NCBI GenBank assembly: GCA_048537945.1
Contig: CM108484.1
Span: 9,123,785 to 9,187,784, forward strand
DNA from: Mnemiopsis leidyi
Lineage: Eukaryota
DNA: 64,000 nt
Direction of reading: 5' to 3'
Within the stretch, counting starts at the first letter, position 1, and each line of letters opens with the position of its first letter. Shown one piece after another: positions 25,545 to 38,467 of the stretch. The translations under genes were made by a program, and so were the position numbers. The notes beneath the pieces are model-generated. The model worked only from the letters and a program-made list of their open reading frames with translations. It did not search any database and had not been told where the DNA came from.

Positions 25545-26725
25545 GTTTTAATTTATGCCAGATTTGGGTAGGCGGACTATATAGCTAAAGGACTATATAG
25601 CTAACGGACTTTTCAGCTAAATTTAGCTGAATGGTCCTTTAGCTATAAGGTCCGATTCGCGGACTATTTAGCTAAATCTGATCTCCTCTACTCTACTGTA
25701 TAAGAGTAAATAAATATGGAGTATGGAGACATGTGATCTGGGGCTTGCTGTTCTATTCACATCGTGTTTAAACCTCGATTCAGCCTTTTAGCTAAATAGT
25801 CCTTCAGCCTTGTATTGCAGTTACCGTATAGCTTGAAGAACTGTAAGGGCTTATTAGATCGTTTTGCTTGCAATCCGATCCTCTCCGCTTCATCAACAAT
25901 CTGAACAATCTGAACAATCTGAAGTTGCAGCACGGAAAAAAATGTCTTGATTCTGACGATTTTATCTGACGTTGTAACACGGAATCAAAATGCCTTTACA
26001 GTTTACTCGCGTGATACGATCAGACGGTACAGCATTCTCAACGCAGTCATCAACTAATACCGGTATACCCTTACCAAGAACAGACAGTACAAGGAGAACA
26101 ACTACTTCAAATGCGTCGACAGACTACATGTAAGGCCCGGATCACCCTCACTGCTCTCTTCTTCTCTGCCAACACAGTGTGTACACACTCCCACCCCTTG
26201 CAAGAAGTAACTATCTCAGTGTTGGAGGTGTAGAACTCGATCAAGAAGCGGTCTGCGGAAACCATTGTTGCAGAATTTCTAGGAGCTTTAGATTTTGAAG
26301 GGGTGGCGAACCTCAAATGCACGATCTCCTGACTCTCGAATATGGGTAGACAAGCATGACAGAAAGCTAACAAGACACCTTCACCCCTCACTTCTTCACG
26401 AGACATTGCCATCCCCCCTACCTACAATGACGAGAGAACCTGCTGCTATGGTACTCTTGTTATACCGGAGAGAGAAATACGTTGTTCGCTTTATTTTATA
26501 TGAATCTGCGAATTGAATATGATAGAAGTCCAGATGAAATGTTTAGCTAAATGGTCAAGTAGCTAAATAGTCCGAAAAGAGGACGATTTAGCTAAAAATA
26601 AAACAAGTAACATTTTAGCTAAATGGTCCGATCCGAAGACTATTCAGCTTAAATATAATTTAGCTGAAAAGACCCGTTTAGCTAAATAGTCCTTTAGCTA
26701 TAAAGTCCTGGAATCCAGATTTGCC
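25545..26725. repeat. Repeat cluster with tagctaaa(t/g) sub-repeats at both ends (25560-25700 and 26520-26720, partly inverted) flanking ~800 bp
   Basis: direct reading; possible small TIR element; internal ORF 26107-26412 (-) has no recognisable homology. Confidence 0.4.
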
Positions 26726-27481
26726 AACTTAGTTCAGGAAAAGTGGCCAGATGGGGGAATTTTTGAAAGAAACTATGGAATTTTCGGGGAAAACAGGGGA
26801 GATTTAAGATAAAATTTGATTACGTAAGCATGAAAGAACCATCTCTGTTATCGTTTGAAAATTCTCCCCTAGCTGATTACGTTATGTGTGAACGACTCCT
26901 AATCAGGCATACCTGTGATGTAATTTTGTTACCCTGCGTTGCTCTCTCTACGGTCCCTCCGGAAGAGCAGCAAAGACTGATGCCCCAGGAAACATTTTTG
27001 GTGAACCCAAGATCACGAAAATCTTCATATTAAAACGACAATTAAAGGTCTCCAGCCATAATTTAGCTTACACTGAACGAATGGGAGGTGATCTAGGATA
27101 AGCGTGAGACTCACATAATATGTAAAATGCACATTGTTTTGTTTGGCCGCGTATGCAGTATAAAATATTCTCTAAGTTACTAACACTAACAGATGCCAAA
27201 ATTGTTCCTTAACTAATATTCCCAAGACCTGAGTTACTGCAGTGTGCAGTGCCATAGCTAGCTTGCCGGACGTTGCAGTGGAACGCCTGATTCATTCAGA
27301 ACGTCGAGTTTAGCTGATAAAGAAGTCTGGGAAGGTGAATGCCCTTCATGTAGCTACAGTTGGAAAGTATTGGTTAAATAACTGTGACTTACGTCATTGA
27401 GTATTCCCCACTTCAGAGAAAGCTGCTAGATATGGAGTATTTCATATACTATATAGTGTTGTAGTATAAAATAGTATATCA

Positions 27482-27715
27482 GTTTTAGTCAGTTCAACGT
27501 GGTCTGTGTTATTCTCTTCTTGGCTCGAGTGATAGACATAGGATCACTCGAGTCAAGAAGAGAATAACAAAAACCACGTTAAACTCAGTTTCTTATGCGA
27601 CTCATAAACTTCTTAACTGATTAATCGGATAATTGTTTATTAAACAATTATCCGATTAATCAGTTAAGAAGTTTTAGTCAGCGTGTGCGCCATGCATATG
27701 CATGCATGCATGGAT
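27482..27715. repeat. Cluster of perfect palindromes (27508-27568; 27607-27673; catgcatatgcatgcatgcatg 27690-27712) bracketed by direct repeat gttttagtcag (27483-27493 / 27672-27682)
   Basis: direct reading. Confidence 0.85.
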
Positions 27716-27716
27716 C

Positions 27717-29404
27717 GTACGTACGACACGGCTCCATTTCCGCAGATTCTAATCCCCTCGGATTTTGCAAATCCCATCTCGTGTCCGAGGGGCTAACGAG
27801 GGTATCCGAGAGGGATACTATGTCTCGTGTGAAATAGTGATCTGAAGACATGGTGAGATCTCTAGGACACTGCTAGATACTCTGTCTTGTGTGAAATAGT
27901 GATCTGAAGACATGGTGAGATCTCTAGGACACTGCTAGATACTCTGTCTCGTTCGAAATATTGATCTGAAGACATGGTTAGATCTCTAAGAAACTGCTAG
28001 ATACTCTGTCTCGTGTTAAATAGTGATCTGAAGAAATGGTGAGATCTCTAGGACAATACTAGATGTTTTGTGTCGTGTAAAATAGTGATCTGAAGACATG
28101 ATGTGATCTCTAGGACACTGCTAGATACTATGTCTTGTGTGAAATAGTGATCAGAAGACATGGTGAGATCTCTGAGACACTGCTAGATACTCTGTCTCGT
28201 GTGAAATAGTGATCTGAAGACATGGTGAGATCTCTAGGACACTGCTAGATACTCTGTCTCGTGTAAAATAGTGATCTGAAGACATGGTGAGATCTCTAGG
28301 ACACTGCTAGATACTCTGTCTCGTGTTAAATAGTGATCTGAAGACATGGTGAGATCTCTAGGACGCTGCTAGATACTCTGCCTCGTGTGAAATAGTGATC
28401 TGAAGACATGGTGAGATCTCTAGGACACTGCTAGATACTCTGTCTCGTGTGAAATAGTGATCTGAAGACATGGTGAGATCTCTAGGACGCTGCTAGATAC
28501 TCTGCCTCGTGTGAAATAGTGATCTGAAGACATGGTGAGATCTCTAGGACACTGCTAGATATTCTGTCTCGTGTGAAATAGTGATCTGAAGACATGGTGA
28601 GATCTTTAGGACACTGCTAGATACTCTGTCTCGTGTTAGATAGTGATCTGAAGACATGGTGAGATCTCTAGGACACTGCTAGATACTCTGTCTTGTGTGA
28701 AATAGTGATCTGAAGACATGGTGAGATCTCTAGGACACTGCTAGATACTCTGTCTCGTGTAAAAATAGGGATCTGAAGACATGGTGAGATCTCTAGGACT
28801 CTGCTAAATGCTCTGTGTCGTGTAAAATAGTGATCTGAAGACAATCTAGTTTTCGCCTTTTCAATTATTCTCCTTACTCCTAAGGACCTCCTTACTCCTA
28901 AGGACCTTTTCCACTCCCAAAATCGATTCCAGTCTGAGCAAAACTTGTTAGAAAAACAGGAGTTTATGTATCAACTATCATCAAAAGTAAAGTTGCTATC
29001 TTCATTCATATGACGCAACGTAACTCCTTCAAGCAAAGTTATTTGGCTAGTACCGAGTTTGACACTTATTCATGGAAACCGCCGCGCAAATCTCCCCTCA
29101 GACACATCAAATCCGAGCGCCTCTCGTTTCCCCTCGGATCCGATCGGATTGAAAATTTCCGAGGGGTCCGAGAGCAAATCCGAGAGGCGCTAGGATTTTC
29201 AAATTCCCAGCGCTTCTTGTAAATCTAAAAAACGAGCGTAATCCGAGGGGGATAACTAGGGTATCCTTGCGTGATACGAGGGATTTACGAGAGGCGCTCG
29301 GAACGTCGTAATCCGAGAGCTCTCGTTTCGCGCTCGGAAAATCCGAGCGAAATCCTATCGGATTAGAATCGTAAAAAAGGACGGTGTATGGAGCCGTTAC
29401 GACG
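27717..29404. mobile_element. TIR element: termini cgtacgacacggctccatttccgcagattctaatcc ... ggattagaatcg..ggagccgttacgacg are inverted copies; ends rich in aatccgag sub-repeats; interior carries a ~60-bp satellite x17 (27790-28850)
   Basis: TIRs and tandem array read directly. Confidence 0.6.
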
Positions 29405-29815
29405 AGCACATGTGCGTGCGCGCTTATATACCCATACTCAGGTCAATTGTCTTCGGCGGCCAATTATGGCGACAATAAATCTGTGCCCCACATCATGTGT
29501 GGAACCTTTGTCCTCTTTTGGTGATAGGCGATTGCAGTCAAAGCCGATTGTCTCAATAGCGTCAATCGTCACTTATGCTTAAGATTACCTACAACTGGAC
29601 TAAGTTTACTCAAAAATTTCTCCCCGAGAAGCTTGATGTTTGTTTATGACAGTTGTTGCGATAATCTGGAGCAAAAATTCAGCGTCAAATACAGAAATTA
29701 TCTTAATGGCTGTATAAATATATATATATATCTTAGAGTGAGATTAAAGAGTGAGATAAGAGGTCCACAAACTATAAAAGAATGGAGCACAGAAAAGACG
29801 ACAAAACAAAACTCC

Positions 29816-29887
29816 TTCCCACGCCGGGAATCGAACCCGGGTCTTGTGGGTGAAAGCCACAGATGCTAGCCCCTACACCACGTGGGA
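29816..29887 (-). tRNA. tRNA-Glu (anticodon TTC)
   Basis: reverse complement TCCCACGTGGTGTAGGGGCTAGCATCTGTGGCTTTCACCCACAAGACCCGGGTTCGATTCCCGGCGTGGGAA folds as a cloverleaf (7-bp acceptor, anticodon loop CTTTCAC, T-arm CCGGG-TTCGATT-CCCGG) and closely resembles canonical eukaryotic tRNA-Glu-TTC. Confidence 0.85.
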
Positions 29888-30434
29888 GATATTGAGTTAA
29901 AATTTAAAGATATATTATTCTTTACCGTGCTTACTGTATGGATCGTGTGTTGTAAAATTTAGATCACGAACTTTCATAGGATAGATCTTGCAAGTTAGAA
30001 ATTTGTAAACATCAAAGTTGAACGCTTGATAGCCAAGACAAATTGAGTAGATTATAAGTGACACCATAATATGAAGATCTTAAATCGCTAGAACGGCCTA
30101 TGGGCCGGAAACATGCATATCACGGACACCACTATTTTTTCAAATAATTTAATCTTCTCACCCAATACACTGGCTTTTACTTCAAAATTCTCGGATTCAA
30201 GTACTTTTTGCTATAGTATTCTCATTTTTCATGGCATAGCACTCGCCACCCCTAAAAAGTACTAACAGAAAACTTCTAATAGCACTTCATTTAAGTGTTT
30301 TTGTTATATTTCTAATAGAAATATAACTAAAACAAATATAGATGGAATATATTCAAGAGGGCGGTACTGACTTGCATTAATATAGCTTATATTTATCAGA
30401 TGACAAAAACCATGAGGGCAAACAAAAGTCAAGC

Positions 30435-30507
30435 AGCCTGATACGGGACTCGAACCCGTGACCCTCAGATTAAAAGTCTGATGCTCTACCGACTGAGCTA
30501 ACCAGGC
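30435..30507 (-). tRNA. tRNA-Lys (anticodon TTT)
   Basis: reverse complement GCCTGGTTAGCTCAGTCGGTAGAGCATCAGACTTTTAATCTGAGGGTCACGGGTTCGAGTCCCGTATCAGGCT matches canonical tRNA-Lys-TTT (anticodon loop CTTTTAA). Confidence 0.85.
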
Positions 30508-33490
30508 TTCTGTGCATTATCGTATTTGTCAATACTTAAACTTCAAGAACTCTAAGTTTTACTGTAAAATTCACACTGATGACGGCCCATGACTAGGAAT
30601 ATTTGATATGCTTCGAAAATATATGGTTTTAAAAAAATACACTTATTTTTGGATATTTGGATATTTCTACATCGCTCTAAAGCGTAAGCCCATTACTCGG
30701 TCCTTATTAAATTGAGGCCTACTCATGTTATTGGAATCGGACACAATTTGATACCCAAAAAACTTCAGACTAATGTCAAAAGGGCTGGTAGCGATTGACG
30801 GCTACCAGTACGGGTTGACCGCTGACGTCAGGTGGTTAAAATCACGTGTTGTTGGCGGCTCCATAAAACTCTACGTAAAGACTTGTTAATCGTTGTGTCC
30901 ATGTGAAAATGCAGAGACTAGGTAAATTCTACAGTGTTCTCGAATGTTCTTATACATCGGTAAGGGCAGCTTGTTGCGTCAATACACTGATTACACAGCA
31001 GAGTAGAGGCGAGTGGTGGTGGTCGGTTGTAGAATTTACTACTAAGCAATGAGACAAAGTATAGACTTACTTTACTACTAAGAAGTGAGACAGAGTATAG
31101 ACTTACTTAAATGTTGAAAATATGTAGTAAACCATACTTGGGATTTATAAACGACCGAGGAAAATATGGTTAGGGAAAATTATTGTGAAATTGCTCAGAA
31201 CAACCCAGATTTTTCTGGTCACTTTTTTATATTACCGGTTTCCAACCTTTCTATTTCAAAATTGAAACATTTTTGTTAGAGGATTTGTTTTCTTATTAGA
31301 GATACCTATCGAATATTTTATTTTTATCACTATAACTAGAAAAACAAGTAGAATTGTCGATCATTGCTGTTAAGAAAGAGAAATAATGACTCGTGGTTGC
31401 ATCAATTGAACTGGTTTTTACTACGAGTCATATCTTATTGTATAAAAAATGAAAAATTGACATATGTCGATCAACTTTGACCATAAGGATGTTGGGCTGG
31501 AATCATAAAATTCCCGAGTTAGGTATATCAGCAAACGCTTTTGTTAAATGTGACATTTGAGTACTTCATCGAGTTGAAATAACTTTTTAATTAAAATTTT
31601 TCTCTGTAACGGTTTAAATTAAACGCCTATGGTCAATTACTCACAGGTTTTATGATTGGTACGGGCTTTTTACTGTCCCGTATAAAAAGCTAGCATACAT
31701 ATCATACCATAATTGGATATCAATATTCAAGTACAACTACTTATAATACCTACCAGCCTTGCTGTGTTGAATACTCCCTCCTTGATATAAAATCCGCAGC
31801 GGGCAGTGTTTGAATGTTGCACGAAATTTTTCATATAATTAAATTTACCACACAAAAAACCTCAGCTCTTTTTAATATTGAATCGTGTTATCTAATTATC
31901 AGGGCCTAGTGTTATAACGCCTTAGCTTATTAACTGATTCTAGTACAATGCTCAGAGTCATGCAAAATAATTGATTTTTTCATGATAAGACAAATTAAGA
32001 GATAAAAAATTGCTGGAGATCGTACATTAGTTCGCAGAAAAGAGCAAATGCCGTCACTTCACAACCCTATTTCGAGCATTAGAGTAAACAAGAATTTCGC
32101 CCGTTATTCCCGACAGACGGGCGATATATTTCCACCCATGCATTATTTGAGAATGATGAAGAATAATACTACACTTTAAGTTTACATACTCGCCACTCAC
32201 TTGAAGAGATTTTAGCCATGCATTGATAACGCGCACCGTGTAAATAAAATTGACATGGCACGACGCACGTGCATTATAAAATTAAAATTGTGCGCGCTAA
32301 AACTCTTGCGCTTGGTTGTTAGCTCGATTTGCTATTGCTTCGTTTTGTCGACGATTTGATCTGTGTCGCAATATGTTGTAAGTATGCGAGTAAATTTTTG
32401 CCAAATGTCTGAATTGAACTTTAAATGGTGTAAAGCAAGCACTGTGCAGCCAGTAATCCATCTGACATTCATTCATTATCAATTCTCTAAAAGTTAAAAC
32501 CTTAAATATCCGGTTGCATTTGGTTACAACTGATAACCTCATAAAGCTTCAACTACTACAATGGGAAAATTCGCAAAAATCACTCCTATTCCTTAGTTTT
32601 ATAAGTCGGATTTCATCATTTACAAAGAGTAATTGAAGTAAACAAACAACTATATCGCAGATCGCTTATATCACAATGCACATTTGATTTTGCATCGCCC
32701 AAATCGATCAACTATCGTGATTTTCAGTAACTTTTTGTGTTTGAGAAAATATTTTACCCGACTATGTTTTCTAATTTTGTTGTCAGTTCCACCATACAGA
32801 CAAACAATTTGCCACGTCCCAGTTCGCAAGACCAATCAGCAATCAAATCCCCTTATGATCTCATTCACTACAGTGATGCGCGGCGCATTGAATTAAAAAC
32901 AATCTAACCCTGCGCAATCGCTGTTTTGATAAAGGAGCGGGACACGACGACCACGACGACGGACCACCATCCTGCTAACCCCACTATACCACCAAAATCT
33001 CTCGATTCCTAACCACCTTATGCCTTGTTAAGGCCGCTTCGCGGCCGGCTGGGTGGAAAAAATCTTGAATAAGTTCAGTTTCACACAATCATGGTAATAA
33101 TTTAGGCCCTGCAAACAAAATGTTCCATTTGAACATACAGGGGATTATTGTAAGATAATAATAAAATGAAACATTTAAAATCATAAGAAATTATTGGAGA
33201 AAATTTTCCACTTCTTTACGGAATGAAATTACAGGGTGTGATGCTATACCATTGTATCGGGTATCAATAGTCAATACCCAGTCATAAGATAATTCAGTGG
33301 TGAAGTGTTTTAGAGAGTAGCTTTAGGAACTAAAAAAATTGACTCAACCGATAATTTGCCCTGTACCAAAATAATTGAAGAACATCAAGAAAATTTCTTG
33401 GGAAATTGAGAAGGAATGGGTTATGGGATGCTAATTGCACTTTACTGTATGTTAGACCGCAGAGCAAAAATTTTATCCACGTGACAATAA

Positions 33491-35024
33491 TTGTGGCATC
33501 AAAATTCAGAAAAGCACTTTCTAAAAACTATTTTTTCTATAGCCTCATTTTGTTTGCTACTTGAGCTCTCGATGACGGATTCTGCAAAAGCACTTAGGAT
33601 TTTCCTAAAGTTATTACTAATCAGTACGACCCAAGGTAAGGAATCATTTGAAAGTGAATATAGATTTTACTATGGTAAAATTAATTGTGATTGGTTCTTG
33701 TCTTTAAATTGTTAATAATTATAATCAGACTGAGAATTAGGAACTATACAAAACTTGGTGAATATCATCTGTATAGTGTACTGTGTAACTGACCCGAGTA
33801 TTAAGTACACGACATGTGTTGAGTTAGCGATATGAGTTGTCAAGTTGAAAAAATCCATTATTATTCTTATTGTAACTACGTGTTGATTTTTACAAGTCAA
33901 ATAAAGGGTCGAACTACGAATCAAGGAAAATATAAAATCTTTTTTCAACAAAATTCACTATCTGTAAATTTTAAAGCCTCCATGATAAATCAATAGAATC
34001 CAAATTTATATCTACTTATTAACAGATGATTTTTATGAACTTAATTAGCAAGTGATTTTAACCAATCAACAGGAGCGACAGATTTAGGTCCCTGTGGAGT
34101 GCAGATACACCCGGTTTCTCTGGAGCTATCTGGTACGGATGGAGAGAGCAGCACTACAACTGCTTTAATTGACGGAGATACTCGAACAAAAACTGGAATT
34201 ATCGCCGATAAGACAGGACATGCCTGGTTTAGGTTAACGTTGAAACAGGTGGGACATCAGATGTATATACTATATAACCCAGTGTCTATTTAGACAACAC
34301 TTAGATTTATTTAATACATCACAAAGAAAATTGTTAACAACTTTAAGGCAATGTTGCAATGAAATTATTATTTACAATTCAGGATTATTGTATTGACCGT
34401 GTGGTTATCTACTGGAAAAGCCCTGACTACTCAGAACATCAATGTGAAAAAGACACGAGGAACTGTGGTTGTAGTGAAGGTAGCTGCTGGGGCGAGAGTC
34501 TCCAAGTCTATTCTGATGGATTGCATAGCAATACAACTTCATTAGTTACACAAGGTACTTAAAGTATAGAGTAGTCATACACTTATACAGTTTCTCTGTA
34601 CCTCTACTGGGTTTGTAAGTACAAAACTGTTTTGTTAGTTTAATAAACTACAACAACATGATTAAGACAAGTAGTACAGAGACCTAGTACAAAAAATGCT
34701 TAAATTCTCTTGTGTCACTAAAGTGTTGCCCTCTAGAACATATTTCAAAATGCGTGGTATAGGCGATGCAACACTTAGTTAGAATTGCTTATGAAGCATT
34801 CGAATTCAGTATAAGTTCGATTTGACTATGCTGATAATGTAATGTGTGGTGTGTGCCGCACGATTATATGCAACAACAACTTCACAGCTTTTAAAACCTC
34901 AGGAAGACAATGCAAGATAGGCGACACGGTCTTCTTCGATGACCAACGTGGTTTTAAACATGATGTCTATGAGATAATCATAACCGGATGTGCTCTGGGT
35001 GGTGTGTATTACAGCTTTACTTAA
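33491..35024 (+). other. 4-exon gene encoding a ~205-aa protein with one divergent F-type-lectin-like domain; exons 33491-33635 (Met + hydrophobic leader), 34073-34248, 34383-34554, 34903-35024 (stop)
   Basis: GT-AG junctions with consistent phases; domain exon 1 ..ESSTTTALIDGDTRTKTGIIADKTGHAWFRLTLKQ parallels the QSS../DGN/..HT../WWRVDL layout of FTL domains; the domain is split into three exons exactly like the FTL domains at 59-63 kb. Confidence 0.45.
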
Positions 35025-37093
35025 ATTTCAAAATAAAACTGATAACAAATTGTAAGGGTTATCAACACGTGGTGATAAGTCTTAACGCAGTAAGTAGGGT
35101 CAGGTGTGACTCAAAGAAGAGGACTTGGCTGATATTGAAGGTGAAAACTCCAGATTTAGCATAGGTATTAAAAAGGTATGGTGCAAAAAAGGTAGTACTA
35201 GTAGTTAAAAACAGTATTTATAATATATATCTATAACAGTATATATATCTATAAAATAAGTATAATATTTTGGCCGTTTAATTTTGGACATAGCCCTTCA
35301 ATCGAATTCTACACCTTAACCAAGATATCAGCTTTTCGAAGAGATCAGAGATGGCGAAAAACTCGTTCACTCCTAAAATCCTAAATTGGCCCTGATAAAT
35401 GTCCTTTCTAACTTCAACACAAGCCCTGCTCATGCTTTTGTGAAATGGTATTGGTATAGTTTTGTCCAAGTCTGAAGTTATAACTCGAATGCGAGAAACA
35501 TTTGTCCTGTTACAGTGAGAGCCAGTGCTTCATGCTTCATGCAGCATGTTAACGGAGTCACGCAAACAACTGATTGGGTACAAGTTACACAGCAGTATCG
35601 TAAAATCTGAATCAGAAAATACAAATTAACCGGGCACTCCGCTAACTTAGTATGATTATTCGAATATGAAAACCATGTGTGTAAGTCCTAACACTACCCG
35701 TCTAGTGATTGAGTACTTTGTATAAGCTTTACGGCTAGTATAGCGAAATGCACTAACAACAATTTGAGCATGACATTGTAAAACATGCGCAAGGAAGTAA
35801 CGATTACAAATTAAGAAGAAATTTTAATTTAATGACAGCTCTCAATCGCAATCCAATAATTTTATAACTAATTATAAATGATACTGTATATACTATATTC
35901 TCCTAAAATCGCTACGGAGGAAATTTCAAATACACAACTTCTTAAAATCGAGTAAATGGCCAGTATACTTTCTTTCTAAGCTAGCTAGTGTGCCTCAATT
36001 CCATTCGTCTGTGTTTGTTTGTTTCTTTTTGTACCATTACTTTAAGCTTGGAGACAGGGTGCAGTAATGCCCCAGAGGGTTTGTAACATTATGCATGCTT
36101 ACCTGATCCTCTCTAAAATGATTATGTTCCCATTCAACTCAGTCACATTATCACTTGGAAATGAATGTGGACCCTTTGGTGCACGAAAGCAATAGCAATG
36201 AATAGGCAATGACGATTGGATATTAAGTTAGGATCAGTTAGGATCAGTTGGTCCGCTTTCCCGGCTAAACTTTTTGTATGGCCAGTATATCATATCAGTT
36301 TTTCTAGCGATGATAATTTTGCATCTCTCAACTATGAAAGGTACGTCTCAGTAAATTTTTTCTTCCATCACCTTCTGCTGACATGATATGCGATGAATTT
36401 AAGCCATCATGCATCAGGTTATGATATGAAGTAAGTATGAAGCTGATTTCTAAAATCAAAAAATTTGACGCCTCTGTAATTGTTTTAAAATCATTATTGC
36501 TCAAAATGGTACTTTTCACAGTTTCTCAAGGGGATGTCCTGACTCCTGCCTGCTTTAAAACAGGTATGCTACGTAACACTATACTCTCATATGATCTAGT
36601 GAACTCAAATCCCTAAATAAGAGAACTCATCTTTATCTGACTGGTCGGTTAAAGTTAGAAGAAAATGAATGACAATCGCACAAGAAAACTAATAAAGCAA
36701 AAACAAATAGTTTAAAGGCTCAAAATCAACGGTCTGGGAGTCTTAAACGGACTGGTCTTTACTCAGTAATGGCAGAGAAAAAGGAAGGTGAAATATCTAA
36801 AATAGTAATTTTGGCTCTGGCATAATAAGGCATTCGACTCTGTCTTGGAATGGTATATTTGTACACTCCTACTTAGATATCTAATGTTTAATAGTGACCG
36901 TTACTCCCAGTAATTATGCGAGTTCTGGACAGTTAATCAATTATGATTTAAATCAAATATGATTAAATTACATAACTGCATCAGTTAATGTTGTCCTTCG
37001 AATGGTAACAAACAGTTTCAAATCTATTAAATCAATCGAAAAGTGAAGAAAAAAGGTCTGAAATTATACATTATTACAATTTATAAATAAACA

Positions 37094-38467
37094 TCAATCA
37101 AAATAATCTTCGATGTCGATATTAGGATCTAAAATGCTCTCTCCAAGCTGTGAAATATCAGTCTGATTAAGTATCAAATTTTCCATGACCTCCTCTAAAT
37201 CAGTTTCCCCGATAAGAAGAGCACCCTGAATTCTGTCGTTAGAAACAACAAGTTTCACGAACTCTAATCCAGGCGAAATTCTAAAATAGCACCGACAACC
37301 CTCCCATTCCTGATACCTACCCAACATGATGACCTTGTACCCAAACAGCTTCGTGGAATGTGTGAATATTTCAAAAGACATGTCTGGCTCAATGACTTCG
37401 TCATCAGAGGCAGACATACTGCACGCAGTGTAGAAACCCTGCTGCAGTGCTTGTGTCCAGAGACGCATCTGTTTCCAGTTCTCACACTCTTTCCATGGAA
37501 TACTGCAAATATCTCCTGCTGCATAAACATTTGGTGCACTGGTTCGCATTCTCTTGTCTACAATGATTCCCTGATCAGTTTCTGAGAGATTAAGTTGATC
37601 CTTGAATAAATCTGAGTTAGGAATAACGCCCGTGGCACTAACTAATACATCTGAATGAAGTGCCTGTCCATTTGTGAGTTCGATTTTTAAATTATAATCG
37701 CTGTCATCTGAGCACGTCGAAACATTTTCAATTTGACAACCATACTCAATTTCTAATTTTTTGTTAGACGATGTGCCATCTAAAGAAAATCCATTGTACC
37801 AATCAGGCCCCAAAGCAGACCCTAGAACTGGACCATTTTTCTGCTTGATCACTGTGGAGTAGATCTGACGTTTGGACACTGCCACACGTTCAGGATTGCA
37901 ATTGCTGTCATTTTCCCCCTTCATGGAATCTAACAAAAACTTGCTGGCGACACTGTCCACAAATACTGAAGTTATAGTTTCATCCTTGATAACCCAACTA
38001 ATTTGACAATGCTTGGCTGCAAACACAAATTCAGAAGCTATCCCACCATTACCAACAACGGTAACGTGTTTACAAGTTTTAAGTCTGTTCTGAAGATCCT
38101 GAACACTTTCAGTGTCTCTTATGCCAACTACATGGGGTATGTTCGGGAAAATAACATTAGGGCGAGCTCCTGTAGCAATACAAAGCTTATCGTATTGAAA
38201 TGTTTTACCATCAGCCAAGGTGACAGTTTGAAGTTGGAAGTCACATTTTGTCACAAGCCCGCAAATGAAATGATAACACTGATGATGGGGTGATGAATCA
38301 ATAACTTCAAAACTATCTATCACTTCGCCTTTCTTCTCCAAGTTTGTTACTTTTTTCACTGTTTCTGTAGCTGAAATGAGGGTTACATGTGCGGTCTGGT
38401 CAAAAATGTGAAGGTTCTCAGCAACTGTAGTCCCAGCAACACCTCCTCCTAGAACTAGGTAACGCAT
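37094..38467 (-). CDS. PYROXD1: Pyridine nucleotide-disulphide oxidoreductase domain-containing protein 1 (PYROXD1) ortholog, intronless, 457 aa
   Basis: full-length ORF; N-terminal FAD-binding GxGxxG (VLGGGVAGTTVAE), GIRDTESVQDLQ, SALGPDWYNG, YAAGDICS, MRLWTQA, LLIGETDLEEVMENLILNQ, C-terminal LDPNIDIEDYFD* all match human PYROXD1. Confidence 0.9.
   Translation of the reverse strand: MRYLVLGGGVAGTTVAENLHIFDQTAHVTLISATETVKKVTNLEKKGEVIDSFEVIDSSPHHQCYHFICGLVTKCDFQLQTVTLADGKTFQYDKLCIATGARPNVIFPNIPHVVGIRDTESVQDLQNRLKTCKHVTVVGNGGIASEFVFAAKHCQISWVIKDETITSVFVDSVASKFLLDSMKGENDSNCNPERVAVSKRQIYSTVIKQKNGPVLGSALGPDWYNGFSLDGTSSNKKLEIEYGCQIENVSTCSDDSDYNLKIELTNGQALHSDVLVSATGVIPNSDLFKDQLNLSETDQGIIVDKRMRTSAPNVYAAGDICSIPWKECENWKQMRLWTQALQQGFYTACSMSASDDEVIEPDMSFEIFTHSTKLFGYKVIMLGRYQEWEGCRCYFRISPGLEFVKLVVSNDRIQGALLIGETDLEEVMENLILNQTDISQLGESILDPNIDIEDYFD

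Noticed and set aside
26107-26412. 101-aa minus-strand ORF inside the tagctaaa-flanked repeat cluster
   Set aside because: No recognisable domain and no splice context; could be the remnant ORF of a small element but unsupported.
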